Source: Felis catus (taxonomy: Eukaryota). Taken from it: a stretch of 60,000 nt of DNA. The position numbers were made by a program, and so were the translations under genes. The DNA lies in the NCBI RefSeq assembly GCF_018350175.1, contig NC_058369.1:312001-372000 (forward strand), written 5' to 3'. The notes under the pieces are model-generated. The model was not told the origin of the DNA. It searched no databases and was given only the letters and a program-made list of their open reading frames with translations. Below are positions 1 to 13,349 of this stretch, piece by piece. Each line of letters starts with the position of its first letter. The stretch's first letter is position 1.

Positions 1-2049
1 CTCTGTGTTGTCCCCCAACCCCACCCCCGCGTGGCACACCCAGCAAATCTCTGAATTACAGCCCTGTGGGGTTAGCCCCCCCGCCCCCGGCAGAGAAGAG
101 GGCTGAAGGGGACCCACGTGCTCTGTGCCCCCCTGCCGCGGCCCAGCAGTGACAGCGTCAGTGCCTGTCCAGTGGGCGAGGCCAGTGGGTCCCCCATGTG
201 GCCCTCCAACAGCATCCCTGGTGTCCGGGGAGGTTGGAGGGGTCACTGGTTGGGCCCTGTGTGCATTCTATCCTCCCACCTGAGAGACGAGATCATTCTG
301 GGCAAGGTGTGGACGCTGGACCCAAACCCTGGTTCTGCAGCCATCCTTGGGGTGGCCTTGGGGGTCCCCAGAGCTCCTGTGCCTCGGTTTCCCCTCCATG
401 CACAGGGATGGCCGGCCTCAGCCTCCAGGCCCCTCCCGCTCCCCCTCTCCTTGGCCGCTGCAGGGAAAACCGAGGCGGCCAGTTCCAGAAATCCTGCGGC
501 CGCCCCCGCCAGCCCAGGAGGCAAAAGCCTGAAATAGCTGGGCGGGGGTGGGGCCGTGGGGGCCTGGGGTGGGCTGGGAGGGGCTCTTCAGGGTAGAGCA
601 GAGACAGGCCGAGGGAGGAGGCAGGGCCCCAGTCCGAGGGAGGAGGCGAGGTCTGTGTCCACAAGCAGGGCCTGGGCCGGGATTCCTACAGTCTGTCCTG
701 CGTCAGAGTGCGGGCCCCACCCACCCTTCAGGGAGGCACCTCAGGGGCTCGCCGTCTCCTGCCGGCTCAGCCACCTGGTGCCAACGGGCCTGCCACCACC
801 CTCCCCGAGTCGGGACCTCTAGCGTGGGGGCGCTGCCCGAACGACTGGTTCGATGGCTCTGGGCTCAGAAGTCCTAACACCTGGGAATGGGCAGGGCCGG
901 TTCCCCCGGGACCCCGGGGACCCGTCTCCCCACTTTTCCAGCTTCCAGAGGCGCCGCATCCTGGGCCCGCGGCCCCTCCTCATCCTCGCAGCACAGGGTC
1001 GCCGGGCTCTCTGCCTCCCTCTCGTGAGGATGCTGGGTCCCCAGGGCACCCAGAGTCACCCCCTCCTCGGCGGCCTTGACAAAGGTCCTCTCTGCCACGC
1101 AAGGCGACAGGTCTGCAGGTCTGAGGACCAGGAACGGGGACGTCTTTGGGGACCTTATGCTGCCCACCACACAGAGTCTCCTTGTCCCCTGTCCCGGTTA
1201 ACCTTCCCTGGCCTCTGCTCAGGGCCTCCTGGGACTGTTGCACAGGCCGTGCACAAGGCACCCAGCTGAGGTGGGGAGGGCTGGGCTCCCCTATGGCCTG
1301 GGCCCTCCTGTAACCCCCCTGGCCCGGCCGTGCTTCTCTGCACACAGGTCATGTCATGGAGGGGTACATTCATGAGTCCTCTAGGTCAGAGGGCCCCCGC
1401 CCATGGTGGGACCAGCTCTCTGGTCTCAGTAGACTGTCCTTTGACCCCCATAATGCCCCCAGCACCGTGGCCTGTGAAGGTTCCCGCAAAACACAGAGAG
1501 AGCCACTGCAGGGAGTGATGTCCTCCCCCAACGCGGTCCGTCTGTCCCCCCGCATACTTGCTCTGCCCTTGAATCCTGCTCTGTCCGGTGGGTGCCGCGA
1601 GGAAGGTTCAGAAACGGCTTCCCCAGCGTGGGTCTGCCTGTGGCCCCGCTGCCTGGGGGTGGGGCCCCCCCACCCTGCCATCCAGACCAGGGTCTGGGCA
1701 CAGCGGGAGACTCCTCTGCAACCTGCCGGCTCCCTTGGGCCACGTTTGTCCCCACGGGGGCTCAGTCGGGGACAGGGGACCCTCCAGGACACAGTGTCTG
1801 CAGCCCCTGGGGCCACTCCATTCGAGAGGCGATGTCGGCCCTCGATGCCGACCCTGGGACAGTGCCCACGCAGGAGACCCGCGTCCCGCTCCCCCAGCCA
1901 AGGGCCACCAGGTGGAGCAGAGACTTGAATGTTCCACGGGTGCATGATGGCCGTGTCCCCACCCGCCCGCCCCCTGCCTGGGTGACCAGGGCCACCTGGG
2001 GGGCCTGCAATGTGGGCGGGGAAGCAGACCTTGTGTGTTCAGCCTGATC

Positions 2050-2650
2050 GACAAAATGAACACGAGTTCCTCAAGAAGTTAAACACACAACAGCCATGTG
2101 ACCCGGAGGTTCCACGTCTGGGTCTGTCCCCAAGAGAACGGGAACCAGGGACTTGAAGAGATACTGGCACCACCGAGGTCACGGAGGCACGAGTCACAAC
2201 AGCGAAAGGGGAGCAGCCCAGGGTCCCTCCGTGGATGAAGGACAAACACAATGTGTCCATCCCCACGCTGGAATGTGACCCAGCCCCAGGAAGGAAGGAC
2301 GTCCTCCCACCTGCCACCGCGTGGAGGGACCCGGAGGTCACTGTGCGCAGTGACAGGAGCCAGACACAGAAGGACACGTCCTGCATGACCCCCCTCACGG
2401 GGGTCCCCAGAGGAGTCCCGTCACAGAGACAGAGTAGATGGTGGGAGCCGGGTGGGGGAGGGGGCAGGGAGTCCCTTGCTTCATGGAGACAGTCTCAGTC
2501 TGGGGAGATGGAAAGTTCTGGAGGCGGGTGGGGGGGGGCGGGTGCAGGACAGCGTGAGTGTGCTTGATGCCACTGAGCTGTGTGCTCGGAAAGGGTTAGA
2601 GTGATACATTTTGTGTTATGTGCATTTTGCCAAGATCTTTAAAAAGCTAA
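2050..2650 (+). mobile_element. Old L1 3'-end fragment, GC-shifted
   Basis: cagccatgtgacccgg...ggagatggaaagttctggag...atgccactgagctgtg. Confidence 0.7.
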
Positions 2651-3261
2651 AGGAAAAGTGTTCAGTCTCTTGAAAGCACACGGAGGCCCTTGGGAACCAC
2701 CCAGAGGAGCCCACAACTTGCCAGCTTAAAATAACTAGAAATACCGGACGGCGAGCCGCGTCCTCCGAGACTCTGGGTGGCGTGGGTGTGGGCGGGACGT
2801 CCTGCGTCTGTGACTCACCTGTGTTTCATTCTTCATCCACCGCCGACCCCTCAGGAGGCGGGGAGGGAATTCGGTCCCCTGCCAGGTCTCCTGAGTCTCG
2901 GTGGGACCCCAAAGCGGGAGGGTCTGTCTGGGAGGCGACCTCACCGCAGGCGTCCCTGGCGGCCCCTCGTTCTCTCGTGCAAGGGGACAGACGTTCTCCC
3001 ACGTGTATTATGATCCCGGAAGGGGGGCCCTTAGAAAGGCTGGAATACAAACCACGTTTCCAACTAAAACGTGCTGCTCCCTCCAGCCGGCTTCTGAGCT
3101 GCCTGGGGGGGGGGGGGGGGGAGTCGGGAGCCGCTCTTACATAATCCACTCCAGCTTGCGCGCGCGGTGCGGACGCGGATCCCCCAGGTTTGCTCTGCAA
3201 CAACCGTCCCAGCAGGTGGTGGCTCAGACTCCAGCTGCTCCCAGCGCTGGCCATTCAGTGG

Positions 3262-3490
3262 GTGGGGGAGGGGGGGGAGGGGGCGGGCTCCAGCAGCTGG
3301 GGGGGGGGCAGGGGGCGGGCTCATCCATGGGGGGAGGACGGGGGGGCGGGGGAGCTCAACAGGGAAGGGGGCAGGGGGTGGGCTCAGCGGGGGTGGGGTG
3401 CGGGGGGCGGGCTCACCCAGGAGTGGGGGCAGGGGGGCGGGCTCCTGCAGCCGTGACCAGCCCGGTGTGGGGGGTGGGGTGCAGGGGCCC
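3262..3490. repeat. G-rich degenerate tandem repeat (GGGGCAGGGGGCGGGCTC-like unit)
   Basis: About 6 copies ending in ...GGGCTC/GAGCTC. Confidence 0.75.
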
Positions 3491-3526
3491 CTCGCTCACA
3501 CAAGTGAAGCCAGGGCTCTGTTGGCG

Positions 3527-3724
3527 GGGGTGGCCGCCCGGCTGAGCTAAAATTCAGGACGCTCGGCTAAATTTGCATTTCAGGCCAACGGCGAATGGCA
3601 TACTTGAAGTGTGCCCCGTGCCGTATTGGGGACATACTTGTGCTTTTGAAAATCGCTCCTCGTTTACCCAAAGTTAAAACTTACTGGATGCCTTGTCCTT
3701 TTATTTGCTAACTCTGGCCACCTC
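3527..3724. mobile_element. MER53-like palindromic DNA-transposon MITE
   Basis: ctaaaattcaggacgctcggctaaatttgcatttcag...gggacatactt...ttttatttgctaactctggccacc resembles the recalled MER53 consensus. Confidence 0.65.
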
Positions 3725-4114
3725 CTGGTTCCCCCGCGAGACCTCGGAGAGGGCACCCCGGGTGCAGGCGCTTCAAACGCCCCTGCCCCGAGGCAGCACA
3801 GGGGACTGCGGAGCCGCCAGGCCCCAGCCGCGGGGCACGTGGGGCCGCCACGTCGTGCAGCCCTTGGGCGCGAAGGCACCGCGGTTTGCGCGAGCAGGAG
3901 AAAAGGGGCGGAGCTCCCTGCTCGCCCAGGACCCGGAGAAAGTACTGTCGCCAGAGCGGAGGGCACCCGCGTCTTGAAGACGGGCCTGGGGCCGCACGCA
4001 CAAGTGAGCACAGCAGTGAGCGGGGGCAGGAGGGACGAACGGGGCTCATCGGGAAATTTCACCGCCGACCCTCAGGATGCGTCAGTGCAAAACGTAAAAA
4101 CTAGACACTGGTTA

Positions 4115-4630
4115 TCAAGTCGATTGTGTTAGTTGGTAACGAATTAGCACACACTTAGCTGCTTACAACAACGCCCATTTCTCCGGGTCTGCGGGGGTCG
4201 GAAGTCCAGCGCGGGGTGTGGGGGCCTCGGCTCAGGGCCCCACGGGGCTGCCTGTGCAGACAAAGGCTCCACTGGGGAAGGGCCTGCTTCCCAGCTCCTT
4301 TGTTGCTGGAACTATCTCCTTACTCCCGTTGGGCCGAGGTCCCGGTTTTCTTGCTGGCCACCCCACGCACGTGCTGGTCCCAAGGCCCCTTCACAGACAG
4401 TTCACAACCTGACTGGTCGCCTCACTCTGGCCTTTCTAGGGCTCTCCTGATTAGGTCAGGCCCACCTGGCAGGATCTCCCTTTTGATGAACTCAAAAGTC
4501 AATTGATTCGGGGACCTTAATTACATCTGAAAAAGCCTCCCACTTTTACCAAATCCCACCCACACTCACGGAGTTACACAGGGTGTGTCACTGGGGGCAG
4601 GGGTCTTGGGCCACCTCAGAATTCTGGTCA
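4115..4630. mobile_element. MaLR (MLT1-like) LTR remnant
   Basis: taacgaattagcacacacttagctgcttacaacaac...ggaagtccag...ccttaattacatctg. Confidence 0.55.
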
Positions 4631-4935
4631 TCCTGAGAAGACCTAAGGTGGGGTTTAGGGCGTGGGCTCTGTTGGCAGAGATTGGGCTCGAACCTCACCC
4701 CCTGCTGCTACTCCCTGGGCTGCCATAAGTTAACCAGGCATTTTGTCTGTCCAAACCTCGGTTTCCCTGTCAGAAAAGGGGGGTAACTCTTCGCTCACAG
4801 GATTTATGGGCAGATGAAATGAAGTGAGCAGGAATGCGTCGCCCCTGGGGTCCACACTGGCGGCCGGAGGGCTGGATTGAGAACACGGGCTTCTCTTACG
4901 CGGCCATCAGTGGTTTACAATCTTAAGAGTCTTTC

Positions 4936-5155
4936 GGGGCGCCTGGGTGGCTCAGTTAAGCGTCCGACTTCGGCTCAGGTCATGACCTCAGGTCTGTGGG
5001 TTCGGGCCCGCGTCCGGCTCTGTGCGGACCGCTCGGAGCCCGGAGCCTGCTTCGGATTCTGTGTCTCCCGCTCTCTCTGCCCCTCCCCCCGCTTACGTTC
5101 TCCCTCTCTCTCTCTCTCTCTCTCTCTCAAACATAATTAAAATCATTTAAAAAAA
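4936..5155 (+). mobile_element. CAN-SINE (felid SINEC_Fc type)
   Basis: GGGGCGCCTGGGTGGCTCAG tRNA-derived head, (CT)n, A-rich tail. Confidence 0.93.
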
Positions 5156-5439
5156 CAAGAATTTCAAAGAATTTGCCAAATTTAAACATCAGGGCATTTC
5201 CACTAAAATCTGCTGTTCTCACGCGCCTGGACAATTCCCCGTTCTCCCGCCAGGGTGGCCTGGGTTTTATGGAGCCACACCTGACTCGGTCCCCGCGGCG
5301 CTGAAGGCCACGGGGGCGTCACACCCCCTGAGCCTGTGCCCGGCCGAGTCTTTCCAGCAGGACTCAGTTCACAGTGAAAAGCAGGCCTCCCGTCTGAGGG
5401 TGTCCGCTCCCCACTCTGCGAAGGCGGCCGCTCTCACGG

Positions 5440-5883
5440 GTTAAACAGGGCCCCCCAAATTCGCGTCCCCCCCAAACCGCGGAACGTGACCTTCCACGGA
5501 AGCAGGGCCTTCGCGGTGCGACTGGCTGCGCTAAGCGAGGTCACGCTGAGCGGGCGGCCACCCGGGTCTCCGCCGGTCTGCGACGTGGGCGGGTCCGGGG
5601 GGTTTCCGGCGCCTGCCAGACGTCCGGCGGTGGAGCTGGCGTGGCCCGTGGCCGGGCGCGTGGCCGGTGGGTGCCGCTCCCGGCGTCTCTCTGCTGCCTG
5701 GAGCGCTGCTGTGTGTGTCTTGAGGCCACCACGCGCGGGGCATCAGGACCTGTCCCCGTAGCCCTGGAGGCCGGACGCCATCACCGGGCTGGGGGCGCCA
5801 GACCTCCCTGTACCGCCAGTCAGCACCCGCCTGGGTCCTCCAGGAAAACGTGCCCACCTCAAGGCCCCCCGGTCACGTCCGCA
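5440..5883. mobile_element. MaLR (MLT1-like) LTR remnant(s), GC-shifted
   Basis: aaacagggccccccaaattc...gaacgtgaccttc...tctctgctgcctggagc. Confidence 0.45.
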
Positions 5884-5897
5884 AAGACATGTCTTCT

Positions 5898-6127
5898 TTT
5901 TTTTTTTTAATTTTTTTTTTTTAACATTTATTTATTTTTGAGACAGAGAGAGACAGAGCATGAATGGGGGAGGGTCAGAAAGAGAGAGGGAGACACAGAA
6001 TCCGAAGCAGGCTCCAAGCTCTGAGCGGTCAGCACAGAGCCCGACGCGGGGCTCGAACTCACGGACCGCGAGATCATGACCTGAGCCGAAGTCGGACACT
6101 TAACCGACCGAGCCACCCAGGCGCCCC
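5898..6127 (-). mobile_element. CAN-SINE with TSD
   Basis: Full element; TSD aagacatgtcttct (5884-5897) / aagacatatcttct (6128-6141). Confidence 0.95.
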
Positions 6128-6964
6128 AAGACATATCTTCTAAATAAGGTAACATTTGCAGTTTCCTGCGATTGGGATCTGGTATCGTTGGGGGCCGATC
6201 TCTGGCCCGTGACACTTGTGCGTGTGGAAAGGCCCCCAGACCACGCTGTGTGAGAACCCTCTCCACCCACACCACCACGGGAACACTCTTCCAACACTCA
6301 CGAGATGGGCCTTCCAAGTGATGGGAAAGCCCTGAGTCTCTAGAGCCAAAAATGTCGGTGGGCCCTACAATCGGTGACACTGCGGCTTTGGTGAAGGCCC
6401 ACAGCTCATTTAATCCCATCTACACCCCCTGAGGCCACGAGAGATCAGAGGTCAGATAACTCCCAGAGGTCACACGACGGCCCAGCAGTGGCTGGGGTTG
6501 CTACTGAAGCTGGTTTGGGCAGAGGCCCTGGGAGCTTTGGGTCACAAGAGAAAATGAAGCCAACTCAGGTCACAGGCTTTGACGAAACAAGAATTTAGCG
6601 GGTTGTATAACTGGAAAGTCAAAGTAGCACCGGCTTCAGGCTCAGCTGGTTCCAGGACCCAAACTGGGACTTCAGTTTCCCTTCACTGTTGAGAGCCCGC
6701 AGGTTCAAGTCCCAGCTCTGCCAGGAAACCTTCAGTGATCCTGCGCGAGGCTCCTCTCTTCCCTCAGCCTGGGGCGCGGGGGGAGGGGGGGGCGGGAGTG
6801 GTACATCTTGAGGGTTACCAGGCACCTGGCATACCGTCAATGCTGGAAAAATGTTGGTTCTTCACTCCTGTCGCTATTGACAAAGTAAATAAATGGATCC
6901 TCACCAGACAACCAGGGACTTAACGACCAATTATCCTGCGTTGAGGCCGAGAGCAAATGCACAC

Positions 6965-6982
6965 TGCCACCAGGGGGCGGCA
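6965..6982 (+). promoter_or_regulatory. Candidate CTCF site
   Basis: TGCCACCAGGGGGCGGCA, near-consensus. Confidence 0.55.
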
Positions 6983-7698
6983 CAACATAAACATTGCTGC
7001 ACCAGCTCTCCCCTCTCCCCAGGGAAACCCGCCTACTGCCTCCTTCAAGTTCCTGCTGCTCTAACTGGCAGGCATTTTCAGAGCCCCTTTAGGGCCCAGG
7101 TAGGGGTCAGGGTGGTCCCGCTCCCACAAAATGCCCCTAGGCTGGTGGAGATATCGAAGAGGGGAGTGGTGGTGGACAGAGACTTACCAAGCCATATCAG
7201 AAAAAAACATGCCCTTTATACATGTTCCTCTGTATTTGAAATCCCCTCAATTAATTTTTTCTAGAACACTGAAGTAGTTGGAAAAAATATCGCAAAATTG
7301 AAAAGTCGGTGTGTTAAAACACAGCGTCGTTTTAGTTACACACACACACAGACACGCACACGCATTCTTTTGTCTTAATTTAAACGACAAAGAGAATGTA
7401 TCATTCTGTCCCCAGTCCTGACTCTGCGAACTGTATTTCCTGCATTGGTTTCCTGCTGGGGATTTGCTGAGCTCTCCCTGGAGAGTTCATGTGGCAAAGA
7501 GCCTCTGGCAACATCGGAGAATTCTAGGGGCTCACTGGACGGAGTTCTGTGGGGTTAAGAGGGAGGCAGAGTGGAGCAGGGCCAGGGGGCCCCCCAGCCA
7601 GCCCCCCCCCCCACTGTACCCCCACGGCCCCACTGGACCCCACACGGGTCCGGGACCAGCCCCCTCCCCTGAGCCCCGCTCACGGTCTGTTTCCCCGC

Positions 7699-7715
7699 GG
7701 CCGCCAGAGGGCGCC
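7699..7715 (+). promoter_or_regulatory. Candidate CTCF site
   Basis: GGCCGCCAGAGGGCGCC, near-consensus. Confidence 0.5.
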
Positions 7716-8569
7716 GGTGAGCACCGGCTCGAGCAGGTGCCAGCTCTGCCCGCGGCCCTCGGGGGCTCCGCGGTGCCTCCCCCGGGACCCTGCACGGCCC
7801 GCTCCCTCTCTCCCCATCGCTCGTTCTGTTTCACTCAACACGGGCCTCCTCGCTGCTCCTGCCGGACGCCCGGTGCACTCGAGGCTCAGGCCCTTTGTAC
7901 CCGCGGTGCCCTCCGCCTAGTACACTTCCCCAAATGCCCCTTCAACTTGATCCCGCACCCCCTTCGAGGCTCCGAGGTACTTATCACGTAGTAGCTGCTC
8001 AGTACCTTCTGGCTGAGTAAGTGAGACAGGCTCTCAGGTCACAGACCAAGACCCGCAGGCCCAGAGAGAGGCCACCTGCAGGACCCACTCCGCTGGTGGA
8101 GTGCCAGCGGGGGGGAGGGGCAGGGGGAGGGGTCGCTGGGTTCAGGTCTCAGGCTGCCCTGCTGCCAGAGGTGAGACCCTCAGGATCGGGCCTCCCTCTG
8201 CACTGACCTAACGCGAGGTCACCCAATGGAGCACCAGCCCAGGCCCGCACAGTAGGTGCTAAATAAGTGTTTACTGGATGACGCAATGGAGGTGGAGAAG
8301 GGGTGGAGGGTGGGGGGTGCTGCAGTCTGCCTGACTTCTGTCCCTCCCTCCTGTCTGGGGGTGGGGGAGCCATCACGCTGTGACACGGTGACACTGACGA
8401 CACTGACGATGCCTCTCCACCGAGGCTCCCCCCTGCTTTCTGGAGCGGCCACAATGACAATGGAGAGCATGGCCAGCCCCTGAGAAGGGCCCGCCTGGCC
8501 CCGTGCGTGACCGCGGGCAGCGCCCACCCTCGCACTCTGACAGCCGCTGGCAGCCGCCTTCATTGTCCC

Positions 8570-9200
8570 ACTTTTAAACATCGTGGCAAAATTCACATCA
8601 CATAAAACTGACCGCTGGGCTTCTTAAAGTGTACGATTCAGGGGTTTCTCGTACATTCACAAGGTTGTGCAACCATCACCTCTATCAACTTCCAGAACAT
8701 TCTGACTCCAAAAAGAAATCCGCTCCCATTAGCAGTCACCCCCCTCCTCAGCCCCAGGTAACCTGTATTTACTTGCTGTCTCTATGAATTTGCTTATTTT
8801 AGGGACCTCAGATAAATGGGATCCCTCACGTGTGGCCTCTGGTGTCTGGTTCCCTCCCTGAGCGTCGTGTGTTCGGGGTCCGTCCGCGGGGCGGCGGGTG
8901 TGGGCGTCTTGTTCCTGCTGGCGGCCGAGGGACGTGCGCGTGCGCGGTGGACACGGTCATCTGTGGACGTGCGCGTGCGCAGCGGACCCGTCGTGTGTCC
9001 TTCCTTCCCCTGATGGACGTTAGCATTATTCCCACGTTCTGGCTGCCGTGAACGCTATGTCCAGTGTTTACCGGGATGTGTGTGCACTTTCCTGGGGGTG
9101 GACACTCAGGAGTGGAGTCACTGGGCCATATGATGAGTCCATGTTGAGCTTTTTGAGGACCTGCTGACCGTTGTCCACAGCAGCCCCCCATCTCACCTCC
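8570..9200 (-). mobile_element. Old L1 3'-end fragment with CpG-rich shared core (~8826-8990)
   Basis: AT-rich L1 flank (tacattcacaaggttgtgcaaccatcacc) switching abruptly to the shared core. Confidence 0.75.
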
Positions 9201-10559
9201 GTCCAGCTGTGGATGAGGGTCTGTCTCCCCGCTGGGAGCTCTTTGCAGGAGGAAGGACCTGGCTGGGAGCGGAGTGGCTCGGGGGTGTCCTTGAGCTCCA
9301 CAGGCTGACCAGGGGTCCTGGGGACTTTTCTCCCATACTTAGGTTCCTCGTTGGGACCACATCACCAGCCTGCAGGCCAAGTCCCCCGTGGACGAGGAAT
9401 GCGTTACCAAGATGACGGAGGGGATCCTGAGGTTCCAGGTCTGGACTCAGCTGCGTGGCTCCCGGCTCCTGTGAGCTGCGGTCCCTCGTCTGTGAAGTGG
9501 GGACAACGGGAAATAGTCTGGAGTTTCCTCAAAAGTTATGAGTTGTCACGTGACCCAACACTTCCACTCGGAGGCCCCGAAGCATTGAACACATACCTTG
9601 AGACAAACCCCACAAACCCTACAGTGTTTGTTGTAGCAGGTGTCCAGGAAAACCCGGGCGTCCATCAGTACGGACCATCAAGTACGTGCTCATTGTCATT
9701 TGGGTGTCTGTCTTCAGGAACTTCCAGTTCAAATTTTTGGCCCGTTTTCTTAAATTAGGTTGTTTGAGTTTTGTCATTGATCTGTGAGCCTTCTTTACAT
9801 ATTCTAGACCGGAGTCCTTTTTTGGGTTACGTGTGCTGCAGGTATTTTCTCCCAGTCTGCGCTTTGCCTTCTGACTCCCCTAATGGTTTCTTTGAACAAA
9901 CCAAGTTGTTTCAAATAAAATACTACACGTTTAATTAGAAATAAATTTTACAGGCCAGAAGGTTAACGTGAATCGTTGAGGAGACAGTCCGCCAAAGTTG
10001 CTCCCGGTTTTCCACGGGAGGGCAGAGGGAATGAGCCTGGCTTCACTCACAGATAAAGTGATGAATGTTGCCCGAAGCACCCTGACGTGTTCAGGGTCAC
10101 CTGGTGCGGCAGCCCCAGCTCTGCGCTCCTGACCCTGGTTTGGGGAGATGTCTGCGAGGGATGTTTCTGGAAGACGCATCCCTTGGCCCTCGTTAGGGTG
10201 TTTCTGAGCAGATCTGCAGGGTTGGCATATGCAGCTCTCCATTTGAAGTTACAAAACCTCATTTCCTGCCGAGGCGGATGGAAAAGACCGGGGACGGGGA
10301 GGTCTCTGTTTATGTCTTGTCCACTCCGGCTGGTCAGTCATTTGTGTGACCACATGGTGCGGAATGCGAGCTTGGCCACCCACAGGGCTCTCAGAGGACG
10401 TGTGTCCCCTGCCCAGGGCCTCCGGGTCCACCTCCGGGTCTTCTCAGATTTTCCCACGGGACAGCGGGTGCTGGCAGGGGCCGGGCGAGCACAGCTGGCA
10501 ATCACGGCCCAGGCTTTCTGGGCACAAATATTTGGAGCCTCAGAACCCTACTTGTAGGT

Positions 10560-11000
10560 ACAAACCCCAAAGAACTAGAAATAGGTGTCGACACAAAAAT
10601 GGGTGTACATGGGCGTTCACAGCAGGGAAGGGGCTGGAAGCAAACTGTCCATCAGCGGACAGACGTGTCCACCGCGCATGCGCATGTTGGCAGGAACAGC
10701 AGCGAGGCGCCCACCCCCGCCACCCTGGGGACGGACCCTGAACACATGACACTCAGGGAGGGAACCAGACACGAGAGGCCACACGGGGTGTGAGTCCACG
10801 TGTGTGAAACGTCCAGATCATCCACGGAAGGGAAGGGGGCTCGTGGTGCTAGGGGAGGGGAGAGGGGGTGATGGGGACGGGGTCTCCTTTGGAGACGGAA
10901 TGTTCTGGAACTAGAGACAGGATGGCTGCACAGCCTTGTGGATGCCACTTTAAAATGGTTAATTCTATGTTACGTGGATTTTACCTCAATTAAAAGATAG
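10560..11000 (+). mobile_element. Old L1 3'-end fragment with shared core
   Basis: ggacggaccctgaacacatgacactcagggagggaaccagacacgagaggccac...ttttacctcaat. Confidence 0.75.
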
Positions 11001-12969
11001 GTTTAACATTTGCAGCTTCTCTCTGCAGACGCAGAGGCCCACGGACGGGCCTGGACTCCGTCCGACGTGTCCCTGGGCGCACAGAGCTGCTGCTCTCCCC
11101 TTCGCTTCTTTCCTCTTTGTCTGTTCTTGGACCCTGTCTTGAATCGGTGCGTCTGAGCCCCGGACAGTTTTCCATGTGCGTGTGTCCCTGGGATACCGTG
11201 ACCGCAGCCGACAGACTGTGAAATGTGTCTTAGAATAAAAGCGCTCACAGTGTGCAGAAAGGTGCGAGACGCAGAGTGGCCCGCCGGCCCAGGGTCATCT
11301 GTCCAGAACCAGCATCTGACTTGACACAGAACCTTCCAGAGAAGATGGCATATCACAAGCTCGGGCCCCCGCCCCAGAGCCCTGCGCCGACCAGGCCCCC
11401 GCCTGCCCTTCCCCGCAGACACCTGCCCATGAGCCCTCGCATGACCACCTGCGTACGGTGGTAGGCGATGCCCTGACCCGGGTTGGCGGATGGGGGAAAC
11501 CGAGGCTCAGGAGCTCACAGAGCCGGCCGGCTGCCGGGTCCCAGGCCACCTTATTAGGGTGAAACCAAGGCCTCTGGTTGCTTTGTTTTTAGGGACAGAA
11601 GGTATGTGTATGTGTAAGAAGCTTAAAGTAGGAGTCAGCAAACAGAATGTGTGGCTGGAGCTTGTCTGGGGTTCCTGACCCCCGCCTGGGCTCTCCGAGG
11701 GGCGGTGCCGGCCGCGGGACGCACCCCAGGGCTTCAAGGAACAAGCAGGGGCTGGCAGGGCCGCGTCCAGGGTCACCCAACAGCCATGGTCGGGCAGCAG
11801 AGGCCTGGGTGCCCCTGGTTCCAGAAACACCCCTTGGCAGCCTGCCCCTGGCCCGGGGGCCCCAACAACCGTGTGGCTGTCACCTAGAGTCTGGGGGAAG
11901 GTGGGGACCCCAATCTGCCTGTACTCCTTTCCCCTAGATGAGGCCTCTTGTGCCTCTGCTGCCCAGGGGAAGAAGGGAAAGGGCGGTCTCTCCGGGCCTC
12001 AGTTTACCTGCCTGTAAAATGCGCCTGAGCAGTGGTCCCCGACTCAGGGAGCAAGAGGGAACTTGGGGAGGGAGGGGCCGGTGCGGCTGGAGAAACGGAG
12101 TCCCCACCGGCTCCCACCGACAGAGGCCAGAGTGTCGGGCCCAAGAGAACGGCCTCTCTGGTTATTACCACTACGTTGTCAGGGGACAGCCTGCGCTCTT
12201 ACAAACCTTTTAAGGAGGCAGAGAGCATACATCTCGCGACTGAGGAGGTACCCGGTGGGACACAGGCCCCCCATCCCTGGCCCCGTGAGGGTGGGGGTCT
12301 GAGGTCAGCCACACCTTCCCAGGAATGAAGACGCTCCCCCCCCCCCCCCCCCCGCTTTGGGGGCCGAGACTGCAGGGCACCCCCGGAAGGAAGGGTGGGG
12401 TGGTGGGGGTCACAGGCGCGAAGGCAGCCGGAAGCCCCCGCATTTGCCCCGAGGGCGGTAGCGGCCATCCCAGCCCCTCAAAGGGTCGTGAGCCACGCGT
12501 GGCTGGCCGCTGGGGAGCAAGGTGGTCCTGACCACACTCGGGGACTGCAGATGCCACAGGAGGCAGCCGGCGTGGGGCGGCCTTGTCCCGGGCCCGGGGA
12601 CCCCCCCCCCCGCGCCGGCCCTGCAGCCCGTGCTCTCACGCCAGCCCCATTTATAACGGGAACCGGGAACCGTGGAAAATTCTCCCGGCTCCACCGAGCT
12701 GCGCTCATCAATAAGTCACCGGCAGGACACGTCAGTCCCCACCCCCCTCCGGAGAGCAGCCGAGAGGCAGCCGCGCCACGAGGGGCCTCGCTGGGCTGTT
12801 AACCGGTCGGCCCTTCCTCGGAAGGTCAAACGTGGACTCCCCGTGGGACCCAGCAACGCCCCCCCCCCCCCCCCCCGTCCCGGCTGAAAGCGAATCAGAG
12901 CCCCGAACACCGAGCTCCGCACAAACCTGCACACGCGGGCTCGCGGTACGCAGGAGGTGGCCACACCCA

Positions 12970-13330
12970 GGCGCCCCCTGTGCACGCCCACGCCCCTCCG
13001 GCGTGTCCGCCGCGCACGCGCACGCCCATAGAGGAATGTGCCCACCGCGCACGCGCACGTCCACAGACGACCGTGTCCCCCGCGCACGCGCACATCCCTC
13101 GGCCCGCGCGCAGGAGCGAGGCGCCCGCCCCCGCCGCCCCGCGGATGTCCCCGCGCGACGCTCACGGAAACAACCAGACACGAGAGGCCGCGCGGGGGTG
13201 TGAGTCCACGTGTGTGAAGCGTCCGGAGCAGGCTCATCCACGGACAGGAAGGGGGCTCCTGGCGGCCGGGGGAGGCGCTGGGACGCGTTGCTTTTTGGGC
13301 GACACGATGTTCTGAAAGTTATCAATAGTG
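12970..13330 (+). mobile_element. Old L1 3'-end fragment with shared core
   Basis: ccagacacgagaggccgcgcgggggtgtgagtccacgtgtgtgaagcgtcc. Confidence 0.7.
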
Positions 13331-13349
13331 ATGGATGCCCGGCAATGAA

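Noticed and set aside
1..2050. Possible 3' end of MISP, the expected upstream neighbour
   Set aside because: No frame resembles the MISP C-terminus as I recall it
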